A stretch of DNA of 64,000 nt from Candidatus Omnitrophota bacterium (lineage in GTDB: Bacteria; Omnitrophota; Gorgyraeia; Velamenicoccales; JABMQK01): the NCBI GenBank assembly GCA_028711115.1, contig JAQTSV010000001.1:70032-134031 (forward strand), given 5' to 3'. Positions 19,366 through 26,818 of this stretch are shown here, piece by piece. Every line of letters begins with the position of its first letter. Position 1 is the first letter of the stretch. Below the pieces are notes generated by a model. The model was not told the origin of the DNA and searched no databases. It worked only from the letters and a program-made list of their open reading frames with translations. The position numbers and the translations under genes were made by a program.

Positions 19366-19398
19366 ATTTTAATTAAAATCCTCTTTAATTTAATATTA

Positions 19399-19914
19399 CT
19401 ATTTGTTGGGCGCAAACACCAAAGAAAGAATTCTGCCTTCATACGCAGGGGATTTTTCTATTATGCCTTTGCCTGCGCCGTGAGTGTCCTGAATAAATCT
19501 ATCAATGATACGCTGGCCCAGCTCTCGATGGCTCATCTCGCGACCGCGATAAAACAAGTTTACTTTAACCTTGTTGCCTTTATCCAGAAAAATATGCAGC
19601 TGTTTTAATTTTGTCTGATAGTCGTGGTCCTCGATATTGGGCTTTACGCGGATTTCTTTTATTTTAATCACCGTCTGATGTTTCTTTGCCTGGCGCTCCT
19701 TCTTCTCCTGCTCATACTTATATTTGGAAAAATCCATAATACGGCAGACAGGCGGCTGTGCCTGCGGAGCGACCTCGACTAAATCCAGTTCATTCTGACC
19801 AGCCAGTTCCAATCCTTTGCTTCTGGAAAGAATCCCCAGCTGTTCGCCTTCGGGCCCAATAACCCGTAACGATGAAGCGCGTATTTTGTCGTTTACTCTG
19901 ATAAATTTTTTAAT
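19399..19914 (-). CDS. infC: translation initiation factor IF-3, probable AUU start
   Basis: IKKFIRVNDKIRASSLRVIGPEGEQLGIL aligns with IF-3 N-termini. GGAGGTG lies 7 nt upstream of the ATT at 19914. The ATG-extended ORF in the track (to 19989) would overlap thrS by 37 nt. Confidence 0.8.
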   Translation of the reverse strand: MKKFIRVNDKIRASSLRVIGPEGEQLGILSRSKGLELAGQNELDLVEVAPQAQPPVCRIMDFSKYKYEQEKKERQAKKHQTVIKIKEIRVKPNIEDHDYQTKLKQLHIFLDKGNKVKVNLFYRGREMSHRELGQRIIDRFIQDTHGAGKGIIEKSPAYEGRILSLVFAPNK

Positions 19915-19952
19915 GGTGGCACCTCCATCTTTGCGAGGAGAATAGGAACGAA

Positions 19953-21719
19953 TCAGCCTTTGAGCAACGCTAATTCGTGCCCCTGGCACTCCTCTTTTAA
20001 TTTCTGAATGAAATTAAACAGTTCTATCTGGCCCTGGTCTCCCACAGAACGCTTGCGCACAGATATAGAGCTGGCCTTGAATTCCCTTTCGCCAATCACA
20101 ATGACATAAGGAATCTTCTGTAATTCTGCTTCGCGGATTTTTTTATCCAGTGTTTCGCTGCGCAAATCAATAGAAATGCGCAGATTATTTTTCTCCAGCG
20201 TTTCTTTTATTTCCTTGGCATAGGCAAAGAAGGCGTCTTTTACCGGGAGAATCAAAACCTGGACCGGAGATAACCAAAACGGCAGAGCACCTGCATAATG
20301 CTCAAGCAGAGTGCCGATGAAACGTTCGATGCTGCCCAGAATCACCCTGTGCAGCATTATCGGCCGGTAGGTTTTCCCGTCGGAGCCGATATATTCCAGC
20401 TTAAACCTCTCCGGCAGAGTGAAGTCGCACTGTATGGTCGCGCACTGCCACTCTCTCTTTAAGGCATCTTTTAATTTTATGTCGACCTTTGGCCCGTAAA
20501 ACGCACCTTCACCGGGATTAATTTTATAATGCAGATTTTTTTCTTTTAATACTCCCTCCAAAGCAGCCTGCGCCTTTTCCCAGTCCGCATCCGAACCTAT
20601 GGATTTTGCCGGGCGCGTGCTTAATTCAATGCTGAAATCATCAAAGCCGAAAAATTTCATGGTATCAAATACAAAATCCAAGACTCCTTTTATCTCGTAT
20701 TTTAATTGTTCGGGCAGGCAGAAAATATGCGCGTCGTCCTGGGTAAAGCCACGCACGCGCAGCAAACCGTGCAAAACACCGCTCTTTTCATAACGGTAAA
20801 CCGTGCCCAGCTCAAAATAACGTATGGGCAAATCTTTGTAGCTGCGCGTCTGCGATTTATAAATCAGCATATGGCCCGGGCAATTCATCGGTTTTAACAC
20901 ATATTCTTTGTCTTCCACCTGCATGGTAAACATATTTTCGCGGTAATAATCGTAGTGGCCGGATGTAATCCAGAGGTCCTGTTTCATAATATGCGGCGTA
21001 ACCACAAGCTGATAGCCGCGCTTTGCGTGCTCTTTCTTTTCGTAGTCTTCGATTATGCTGCGCAGTATCGCACCTTTGGGATGATAAAATATCAAACCCG
21101 TGCCAGCCTGCTCATAGTAGATATCAAAATATTTTAATTCTTTGCCTAATTTGCGGTGGTCGCGTTTTACCGCCTCTTCTATGCGTTTTAGGTGTTCGTC
21201 TAATTCCTGCTTGGTAAAAAACGCGGTGCCGTAAATACGCTGCAACATGGGATTTGTCTCTGTGCCGCGCCAATAAGCGCCGGCCACGGATAAAAGTTTA
21301 AACGCCTTGATTTGACCCGTGGAATCAATGTGCGGGCCTTTGCATAAATCTACAAATTTGTCTCCGGTTTTATATACGGAGATTGTCCCGTCGGTCAATT
21401 CGTTTAACAATTCCAGCTTATAATTCTCGCCCGCATTCTTAAATAATTCCTGGGCCTGGGCCTTGGGAATTTGTTCCTGCACAAAAGGCTCGTTTCTTGC
21501 AATTATCTCGCGCATCTTGGCTTCGATTTTGGTTAAATCCTCGGGAGAAAATAAATCTTTTTTGCCTTGCGCGTCGGCGGGTTTATCAAAATCATAATAA
21601 AATCCGTCTTCGATAGAAGGGCCTATGCCCAATTTTACATTCGGCCACAGTTCCTTCACTGCCTCGGCCATCACATGGCTACAGCTGTGCCTTAAGGTAT
21701 CTAAATTTAATTCTGCCAT
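19953..21719 (-). CDS. thrS: threonine--tRNA ligase (lacks N-terminal TGS domain)
   Basis: Starts directly in the editing domain (LRHSCSHVMAEAVKELWP), followed by the class II core and anticodon-binding domain. 588 aa. Confidence 0.95.
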   Translation of the reverse strand: MAELNLDTLRHSCSHVMAEAVKELWPNVKLGIGPSIEDGFYYDFDKPADAQGKKDLFSPEDLTKIEAKMREIIARNEPFVQEQIPKAQAQELFKNAGENYKLELLNELTDGTISVYKTGDKFVDLCKGPHIDSTGQIKAFKLLSVAGAYWRGTETNPMLQRIYGTAFFTKQELDEHLKRIEEAVKRDHRKLGKELKYFDIYYEQAGTGLIFYHPKGAILRSIIEDYEKKEHAKRGYQLVVTPHIMKQDLWITSGHYDYYRENMFTMQVEDKEYVLKPMNCPGHMLIYKSQTRSYKDLPIRYFELGTVYRYEKSGVLHGLLRVRGFTQDDAHIFCLPEQLKYEIKGVLDFVFDTMKFFGFDDFSIELSTRPAKSIGSDADWEKAQAALEGVLKEKNLHYKINPGEGAFYGPKVDIKLKDALKREWQCATIQCDFTLPERFKLEYIGSDGKTYRPIMLHRVILGSIERFIGTLLEHYAGALPFWLSPVQVLILPVKDAFFAYAKEIKETLEKNNLRISIDLRSETLDKKIREAELQKIPYVIVIGEREFKASSISVRKRSVGDQGQIELFNFIQKLKEECQGHELALLKG

Positions 21720-21739
21720 TTTTTTATCCTTTTATTTAC

Positions 21740-21817
21740 TGGTGGGCCCAAGAGGACTCGAACCTCTGACCTCTTCCATGTCAAGGAAGCGCTCTAACCA
21801 GGCTGAGCTATGAGCCC
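21740..21817 (-). tRNA. tRNA-Val (anticodon GAC)
   Basis: Reverse complement is GGGCTCA-TA-GCTC..GAGC-G-CTTCC-TTGACAT-GGAAG..AGAGG-TTCGAGT-CCTCT-TGGGCCC-A-CCA. Confidence 0.92.
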
Positions 21818-21834
21818 ATCAAAAAAATTTTACA

Positions 21835-21917
21835 TGGGCAAGGAGGGAGTCGGACCCTCACAGCCCGAAGGCCAATGGATTTTAAGTCCATCGTGTATGC
21901 CATTCCACCACTTGCCC
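21835..21917 (-). tRNA. tRNA-Leu (anticodon TAA), type II; unusual T-loop TCCGACT
   Basis: Reverse complement is GGGCAAG..ATGGA-CTTAAAA-TCCAT, a long variable arm, then GAGGG-TCCGACT-CCCTC-CTTGCCC-A. T-loop position 55 is C instead of the near-universal U. Confidence 0.85.
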
Positions 21918-21987
21918 AATGAACACACAATTTTTTACAGAACGCTTCATTCTCCGTCGGGACGGAGCCATTACAACAATCTAATTA

Positions 21988-22062
21988 TGGAGGCGGCAAG
22001 CGGATTTGAACCGCTGAATAATGGTTTTGCAGACCACTGCCTTACCACTTGGCTATGCCGCC
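21988..22062 (-). tRNA. tRNA-Cys (anticodon GCA)
   Basis: Reverse complement is GGCGGCA..GTGGT-CTGCAAA-ACCAT..AGCGG-TTCAAAT-CCGCT-TGCCGCC-T-CCA. Confidence 0.92.
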
Positions 22063-22067
22063 AGAAT

Positions 22068-22613
22068 TTATTTCAATAATTTTTCAATAAATCTGGTTAT
22101 TGTCTGGACTTCTTCCAGACAACCCAATCCCACGTCGCCGCAGGCAAGCTTTCCTTTGCGCGGGCCGATAAATTCCATTCCCAGTTTTTTCAGCTTTCCG
22201 ATATTTTGCTGCACCACGGGATTATTATACATGTTTTCATTCATCGCCGGAGCAATCACGACCTTTGATTTTGTAGCCGCGACTACACAGGTCAGCAAAT
22301 CATCGTATATGCCGCTGGCCAGCTTACCTATAATATTAGCTGTGGCCGGCGCGATTAAAACCGCGGCTGCTTTTTTGGCCAGCTCAATATGCTCGACGTC
22401 AAAATCCACGTCCAGATCAAACATCTCCGAATAAACTTTCCTTTTGGCGAGCGTCTGCAGCGTAAGCGCGCTTATAAATTCCTTGGCCTCTTTAGTCATA
22501 ATGACTTCTACGGAAAAACCCGCATCTTGCAAGGCGCGGATTAAATCACAGGCCTTGTAAGCGGCAATACTACCTGTCACACCCAAAAGAATATTTTTGT
22601 TTTTTGCAGGCAT
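22068..22613 (-). CDS. coaC: phosphopantothenoylcysteine decarboxylase-type flavoprotein (CoaC domain only)
   Basis: NILLGVTGSIAAYKACDLIRAL flavoprotein signature. At 181 aa there is no CoaB half. Confidence 0.8.
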   Translation of the reverse strand: MPAKNKNILLGVTGSIAAYKACDLIRALQDAGFSVEVIMTKEAKEFISALTLQTLAKRKVYSEMFDLDVDFDVEHIELAKKAAAVLIAPATANIIGKLASGIYDDLLTCVVAATKSKVVIAPAMNENMYNNPVVQQNIGKLKKLGMEFIGPRKGKLACGDVGLGCLEEVQTITRFIEKLLK

Positions 22614-22620
22614 CTACAGA

Positions 22621-22818
22621 TTAACTTTTTTTCATCCTCACCTTGTTTTCGGAAATTTCCCGCAAGGCAACAGTGGTGTTTTTGACATTTGAATCTGCCT
22701 CCACTAGTTTGGGCGAACCTTCTGCTACCTCTAACGCCCTCTTGGAAGCCACGATTACAAGTTTATACAGACTATTCTCTGCTTTATCCAGCAGCATTTC
22801 AATTGGTATGTAGGACAT
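22621..22818 (-). CDS. rpoZ: DNA-directed RNA polymerase subunit omega
   Basis: 65 aa. Contains NSLYKLVIVASKRALEV. Canonical gmk-rpoZ neighbourhood. Confidence 0.85.
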   Translation of the reverse strand: MSYIPIEMLLDKAENSLYKLVIVASKRALEVAEGSPKLVEADSNVKNTTVALREISENKVRMKKS

Positions 22819-23410
22819 TTTCCAACCCCTTTGCGATTATAATCGATTCTAATTCTTTGACTGCCTGGGATATATCGTCGTTTACGATAATATAATCATA
22901 TTTTTTGGCGAAAGAGAGTTCTGTCTTGACAAAGGCCAGGCGCTTGCGCATCTCCTCTTTGTCTTCTCTCGCGCGTATCCTGGTCCTTTGTATGAGCTCT
23001 TTCTCCGTGGGAGGAACCACAAAGATAAACACGGATCTATCGGGAAATTTCTTTTTTATCTCCTGCGCGCCTTTTACATCAAGGCATAATAAAATGTCTC
23101 TGTTATTTTTAAGCGAATCATAAACTAATTTTTTGGGCGTGCCGTATAAATTACCGAATACCTCTTTCCATTCCACAAACGCCCCTCGTTTTATCCTTTT
23201 CAAAAATTCATCTTTAGAAATAAAATTATAATCCCTGTGGTTCTTCTCGCCTTTTTTCAATGAACGCGTGGTGCAGGAAACAGAGCGGGCAAGGTTTATG
23301 TGCTTTTTCGCCAACAATTCCTGGCAGAGCGTAGTCTTTCCCGAGCCGGACGGCCCGGACACCACCCAGATTAACGCCTTCCTTTTTCTGGAGACAACCT
23401 TATTCCACAT
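22799..23410 (-). CDS. gmk: guanylate kinase
   Basis: P-loop VSGPSGSGKTT and a TTR motif. Confidence 0.92.
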   Translation of the reverse strand: MWNKVVSRKRKALIWVVSGPSGSGKTTLCQELLAKKHINLARSVSCTTRSLKKGEKNHRDYNFISKDEFLKRIKRGAFVEWKEVFGNLYGTPKKLVYDSLKNNRDILLCLDVKGAQEIKKKFPDRSVFIFVVPPTEKELIQRTRIRAREDKEEMRKRLAFVKTELSFAKKYDYIIVNDDISQAVKELESIIIAKGLENVLHTN

Positions 23411-24224
23411 TTTGCAACTGCTCCCTCAGCTTCTCTATCTCGTCTTTTATAACCACGCTGTGGAAAGAAACCTGCGCATCCCTGAATTTCGCGCTCAGCG
23501 TATTTATTTCCCTCTGCATCTCCTGAGTGATAAAATCCAGTATTTTTCCCAGAGGGCCGCTTTGCGAAAGTGTCGCCTTAAATGTCTTCACGTGAAATTC
23601 CAGGCGCACAATCTCTTCCTCGATATTATAATTTTTCAGGAACTCCTTGAGCTCCTCGCTATCCAGCTTGGTTTTTTGTTCCTCAATTATCTTCACAAGT
23701 TTTACCTTGATTAATTTTAATTTCTGGTTGATTTTTCTGGTGCGATTCAGCGAATCTGCATAAATAATCTTACCTTCTTTTTTGCGCAACAACACAAGGT
23801 CTTCTATGGAGCTGTGCAATGCTTTGTTAAACAACGAGAGAAATTTTCTATTGGAATATTCGTTCACGCTTCTAAAACAAATTACGTCTGGCAAAGCGAG
23901 TATATCACCCAGATTTATGTCCTGTTCCATATTCAGCGAACGGCTTATGTCTTGTATGAGCCGCGAGTATTTGAACAAAAGGTGTTTGTTCAAAACCGGC
24001 TCTCTCTCCGACGATTCAGGGCTGGACAACTGAAAGGTTATCCTGCCTCTGTGCAAAAATCTGGACAGTTCTTTTTTTATTCTTGCCTCCAGGCTGAAAA
24101 AACCGTTGGGCAGAGTAAATACATAATCTAAAAATTTATGATTGACGGACTTAACGCTCACCAGATATTTTTTACCTTTATAAAAAAAAGTGCTCGTGCC
24201 GAAACCGGTCATGCCTCTAATCAT
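23400..24224 (-). CDS. YicC-family stress-induced protein
   Basis: MIRGMTGFG start, a C-terminal DUF1732-like EIEKLREQLQNVE, and the yicC-gmk neighbourhood. Confidence 0.85.
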   Translation of the reverse strand: MIRGMTGFGTSTFFYKGKKYLVSVKSVNHKFLDYVFTLPNGFFSLEARIKKELSRFLHRGRITFQLSSPESSEREPVLNKHLLFKYSRLIQDISRSLNMEQDINLGDILALPDVICFRSVNEYSNRKFLSLFNKALHSSIEDLVLLRKKEGKIIYADSLNRTRKINQKLKLIKVKLVKIIEEQKTKLDSEELKEFLKNYNIEEEIVRLEFHVKTFKATLSQSGPLGKILDFITQEMQREINTLSAKFRDAQVSFHSVVIKDEIEKLREQLQNVE

Positions 24225-24733
24225 TTCCAGCCTCTCCTCTTTATCTGGCTCTCTGTGATTTCTTTTGAAGGATACAAATCTACGATAATTTCTTCCGGTG
24301 CAAACCAGAGCTTGATTTCCTCTTCGGCCTCCTGCGGGTTGGCAGAACAGTGCATTACGTTTTCATATAATCCTCGGGTGGTAATTCTGCCGTAGGAACC
24401 GCGGATGCTCGTCGAATCAGCCATCTCCGGATTGGTTGCGCCGGCTAATTCTCTTACCTTTTTTATCGCTCCCGGCCCCCAATACACCAATGCCATAACT
24501 TTTTTTCTGTTGTGCAGCTCGCCGGTAATGTATTTAATTATGTCTTCGAAGAAAGGTTCGTTTTTCAGATGTTTGTAGTGCTGTGTGGCTAATTCCCGGG
24601 ATACGCGCACCATTTTGGCGGCCACAATTTCCAGTTTTGTCTCGGCAAGCCGCGTTAAAATATTTCCGGTAAGCGATTTTACCAACCCGTCCGGTTTTAT
24701 CAATATAAGCGTAGCTTCACTACTATTAACCAT
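24221..24733 (-). CDS. ndk: nucleoside-diphosphate kinase (with C-terminal extension)
   Basis: TLILIKPDG, an NVMHCSA active-site His region, and IRGSYG. Confidence 0.85.
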   Translation of the reverse strand: MVNSSEATLILIKPDGLVKSLTGNILTRLAETKLEIVAAKMVRVSRELATQHYKHLKNEPFFEDIIKYITGELHNRKKVMALVYWGPGAIKKVRELAGATNPEMADSTSIRGSYGRITTRGLYENVMHCSANPQEAEEEIKLWFAPEEIIVDLYPSKEITESQIKRRGWK

Positions 24734-24786
24734 ATATCGTCTCCTTTAATTCCAAAGCGCAAGGCCTTCGCCTTTTATAAATTTAT

Positions 24787-25680
24787 CTATGATTTCTTTT
24801 TGAGTATATTCACAATGCGGTCCAAATCCTGCAAAGAATAATACTCGATTAATATCTTGCCGCGTTTTTTATGTGCGATGACGCGCACCTTTGTGCCCAA
24901 AGCAACCTGAAGTGTCTTCTCCAGATCTGCCACATAAGGATCAATCGCTTTGGCTGTTGTGCTTTTACGTTTTCTCTGTGGCAGACTCGCATTGACTAAA
25001 TTCTCTAACTCTCTGACAGACAACGAGTTAGATATTGCCATCTGGCATAATTTGCGTTGCTTCTGCACATCGTCTGTAGCTAAAATTACTTTTGCATGGC
25101 CGAGTGAGATTTCGCCTTTTGCCAAATGCTGCTGAATATCTGCGGGCAATTTAAGCAGCCGCAAAATATTTGAGACTGTGGCTTTGTCTTTTCCTAAGGC
25201 CTTGGCAATGTCGTCCTGGCTTAAATTAAATTTATCGATGAGCTGCTGAAATGCGCGCGCCTCTTCTATTGGGTTCAACTCTTCCCTCTGGATATTTTCC
25301 ACCAAGGAAATAATCAGCGCATCTTCATCTTTGACATCTTTTACGATGACAGGAACTTTTTCCAATGCCAGCGCCTGAGCCGCCCGGAAACGCCTCTCTC
25401 CGGCGATGATTTCAAAACCGGATTCGGATTTTCGCACCAGAATTGGCTGCAACAATCCTTTTTCTTTAATCGATGCAACCAGCTCTTTTAATTTTTGGTC
25501 ATCAAAATCTTTGCGCGGCTGGAATTTTCCTGCCTTAAGTTTTCCGATCTCTAAATAAGCCACCTCTCCCTTTTTGGCGGATTCGCTTTCTTTAAAAAGC
25601 GGCACAGCGGTTTTATAAACCTGCGCCTGCTTTTCGCCAATCAGTGCAGCCAGACCTTTACCCAATGCTTTCTTCTCCAT
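24787..25680 (-). CDS. parB: chromosome partitioning protein ParB/Spo0J
   Basis: IIAGERRFRAA ParB box and an HTH (LSQDDIAKALGKDKATVSNILRLLKLP). Confidence 0.95.
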   Translation of the reverse strand: MEKKALGKGLAALIGEKQAQVYKTAVPLFKESESAKKGEVAYLEIGKLKAGKFQPRKDFDDQKLKELVASIKEKGLLQPILVRKSESGFEIIAGERRFRAAQALALEKVPVIVKDVKDEDALIISLVENIQREELNPIEEARAFQQLIDKFNLSQDDIAKALGKDKATVSNILRLLKLPADIQQHLAKGEISLGHAKVILATDDVQKQRKLCQMAISNSLSVRELENLVNASLPQRKRKSTTAKAIDPYVADLEKTLQVALGTKVRVIAHKKRGKILIEYYSLQDLDRIVNILKKKS

Positions 25681-25720
25681 TCAAACTCTCCTTATAAATA
25701 TCCGGACTTTAAAAATATTT

Positions 25721-26515
25721 TCAGCTTACGCCTGCCAAGCCAGAAGGCTGTTTGCCGATATTATCCAGTATTTCTTTGGCCAACTCGTCGTATTTTAATG
25801 CGCCTATCGACGAGCGGTCATAGAGATATATGGGCTTGCCAAATCCCGGCGCCTCTGACAATCGTATGCTGCGCGGGATTATGGTACGGAATACCTTTTC
25901 TTTGAAAAATGCCCGCGTCTCATTGATGACTTCGGCGGTGAGGTTTGTCCTGAAATCCGCCATGGTCAAAAGCACGCCCTCGATTTCTAATTTGGGATTA
26001 AATTTTTCCTTGACTAAATTTATTGTCCTTAATAACTGCCCCAGTCCTTCCAAGGCAAAGTATTCGCACTGCACCGGGATAATCACAGAGTTGGCAGCCA
26101 CCAGCGCATTCAAAGTCAATAATCCTAACGACGGAGGCGCATCAATTATAAGGTAATCATAATTCTGCCTGACTGTTTCGATTACTGTCAACAACCTTCT
26201 TTCTCTGTTGTCAATGTTAGCCAGTTCCAGCTCTGCGCCAATCAGATGTATATCCGCTGGTATTATCTGAAGTTTTTCGTCGTAAGTCTTTAATAATAAA
26301 GAGTTTGCGTCAACAGAATTAATCAGAACATCGTAAATGGTGCCCTGCAAATTATCTTTGTCTATACCTAAACCGCTTGTGCTGTTGCCTTGGGGATCTA
26401 AATCAATGAGTAAGATTCTGTTGCCCTGCAGAGATAAATATACGGAAAGATTAATGGCTGTGGTGGTCTTTCCTGTCCCGCCTTTTTGATTACAAATCGC
26501 GATTACTTTTGCCAT
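25721..26515 (-). CDS. parA: chromosome partitioning ATPase ParA/Soj
   Basis: Deviant Walker A NQKGGTGKTT. 264 aa. Confidence 0.95.
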   Translation of the reverse strand: MAKVIAICNQKGGTGKTTTAINLSVYLSLQGNRILLIDLDPQGNSTSGLGIDKDNLQGTIYDVLINSVDANSLLLKTYDEKLQIIPADIHLIGAELELANIDNRERRLLTVIETVRQNYDYLIIDAPPSLGLLTLNALVAANSVIIPVQCEYFALEGLGQLLRTINLVKEKFNPKLEIEGVLLTMADFRTNLTAEVINETRAFFKEKVFRTIIPRSIRLSEAPGFGKPIYLYDRSSIGALKYDELAKEILDNIGKQPSGLAGVS

Positions 26516-26523
26516 GCTTGCTT

Positions 26524-26541
26524 AGTTTCCACGTGGAAACT
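26524..26541. promoter_or_regulatory. parS-like palindrome, copy 1
   Basis: AGTTTCCACGTGGAAACT is a perfect 18-bp palindrome around CACGTG. It resembles the canonical parS TGTTTCACGTGAAACA with a variant half-site. It lies 9 nt upstream of the parA start. Confidence 0.6.
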
Positions 26542-26570
26542 GGACTTACCGCTCCTTGTGTATTTATGAA

Positions 26571-26596
26571 ATTCAGTTTCCACGTGGAAACTGAAT
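26571..26596. promoter_or_regulatory. parS-like palindrome, copy 2 (extended)
   Basis: ATTCAGTTTCCACGTGGAAACTGAAT is a perfect 26-bp palindrome containing the same 18-bp core. Confidence 0.6.
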
Positions 26597-26631
26597 TTCT
26601 ACAGCTATTTTAACCACAAGCTCTGCTTTCG

Positions 26632-26817
26632 TCAAGAGTTTTTCCTCTTCAGGGACACACGGATCTTTGCGGGCCTGCTCCCCCCCATTCCGAACAAACC
26701 CATCTTGGGCTCTGAAAGCACCTGGACTTCTATTTCTTTGCGAGAAACTTTCAATGTCCCCAGGGCTTTTTTTATGGCCTCTGATACTGTTTTTGCTTCT
26801 ATTTCTAATGGTTCCAT
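26632..26817 (-). CDS. Jag_N-domain-only protein (truncated KhpB/Jag homologue)
   Basis: 61 aa. EAKTVSEAIKKALGTLKVSRKEIEVQVLSEPKMGLFGMGGSRPAKIRV matches the Jag N-terminal domain. It sits in the conserved position after yidC, but the KH and R3H domains are absent. Confidence 0.7.
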   Translation of the reverse strand: MEPLEIEAKTVSEAIKKALGTLKVSRKEIEVQVLSEPKMGLFGMGGSRPAKIRVSLKRKNS

Positions 26818-26818
26818 T

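Noticed and set aside
19239-19442. 67-aa minus-strand ORF in the infC-rpmI spacer
   Set aside because: Its translation is low-complexity (N/K/I/F-rich), is generated by the AT-rich repeat, and overlaps the infC 3' end. It was not called.
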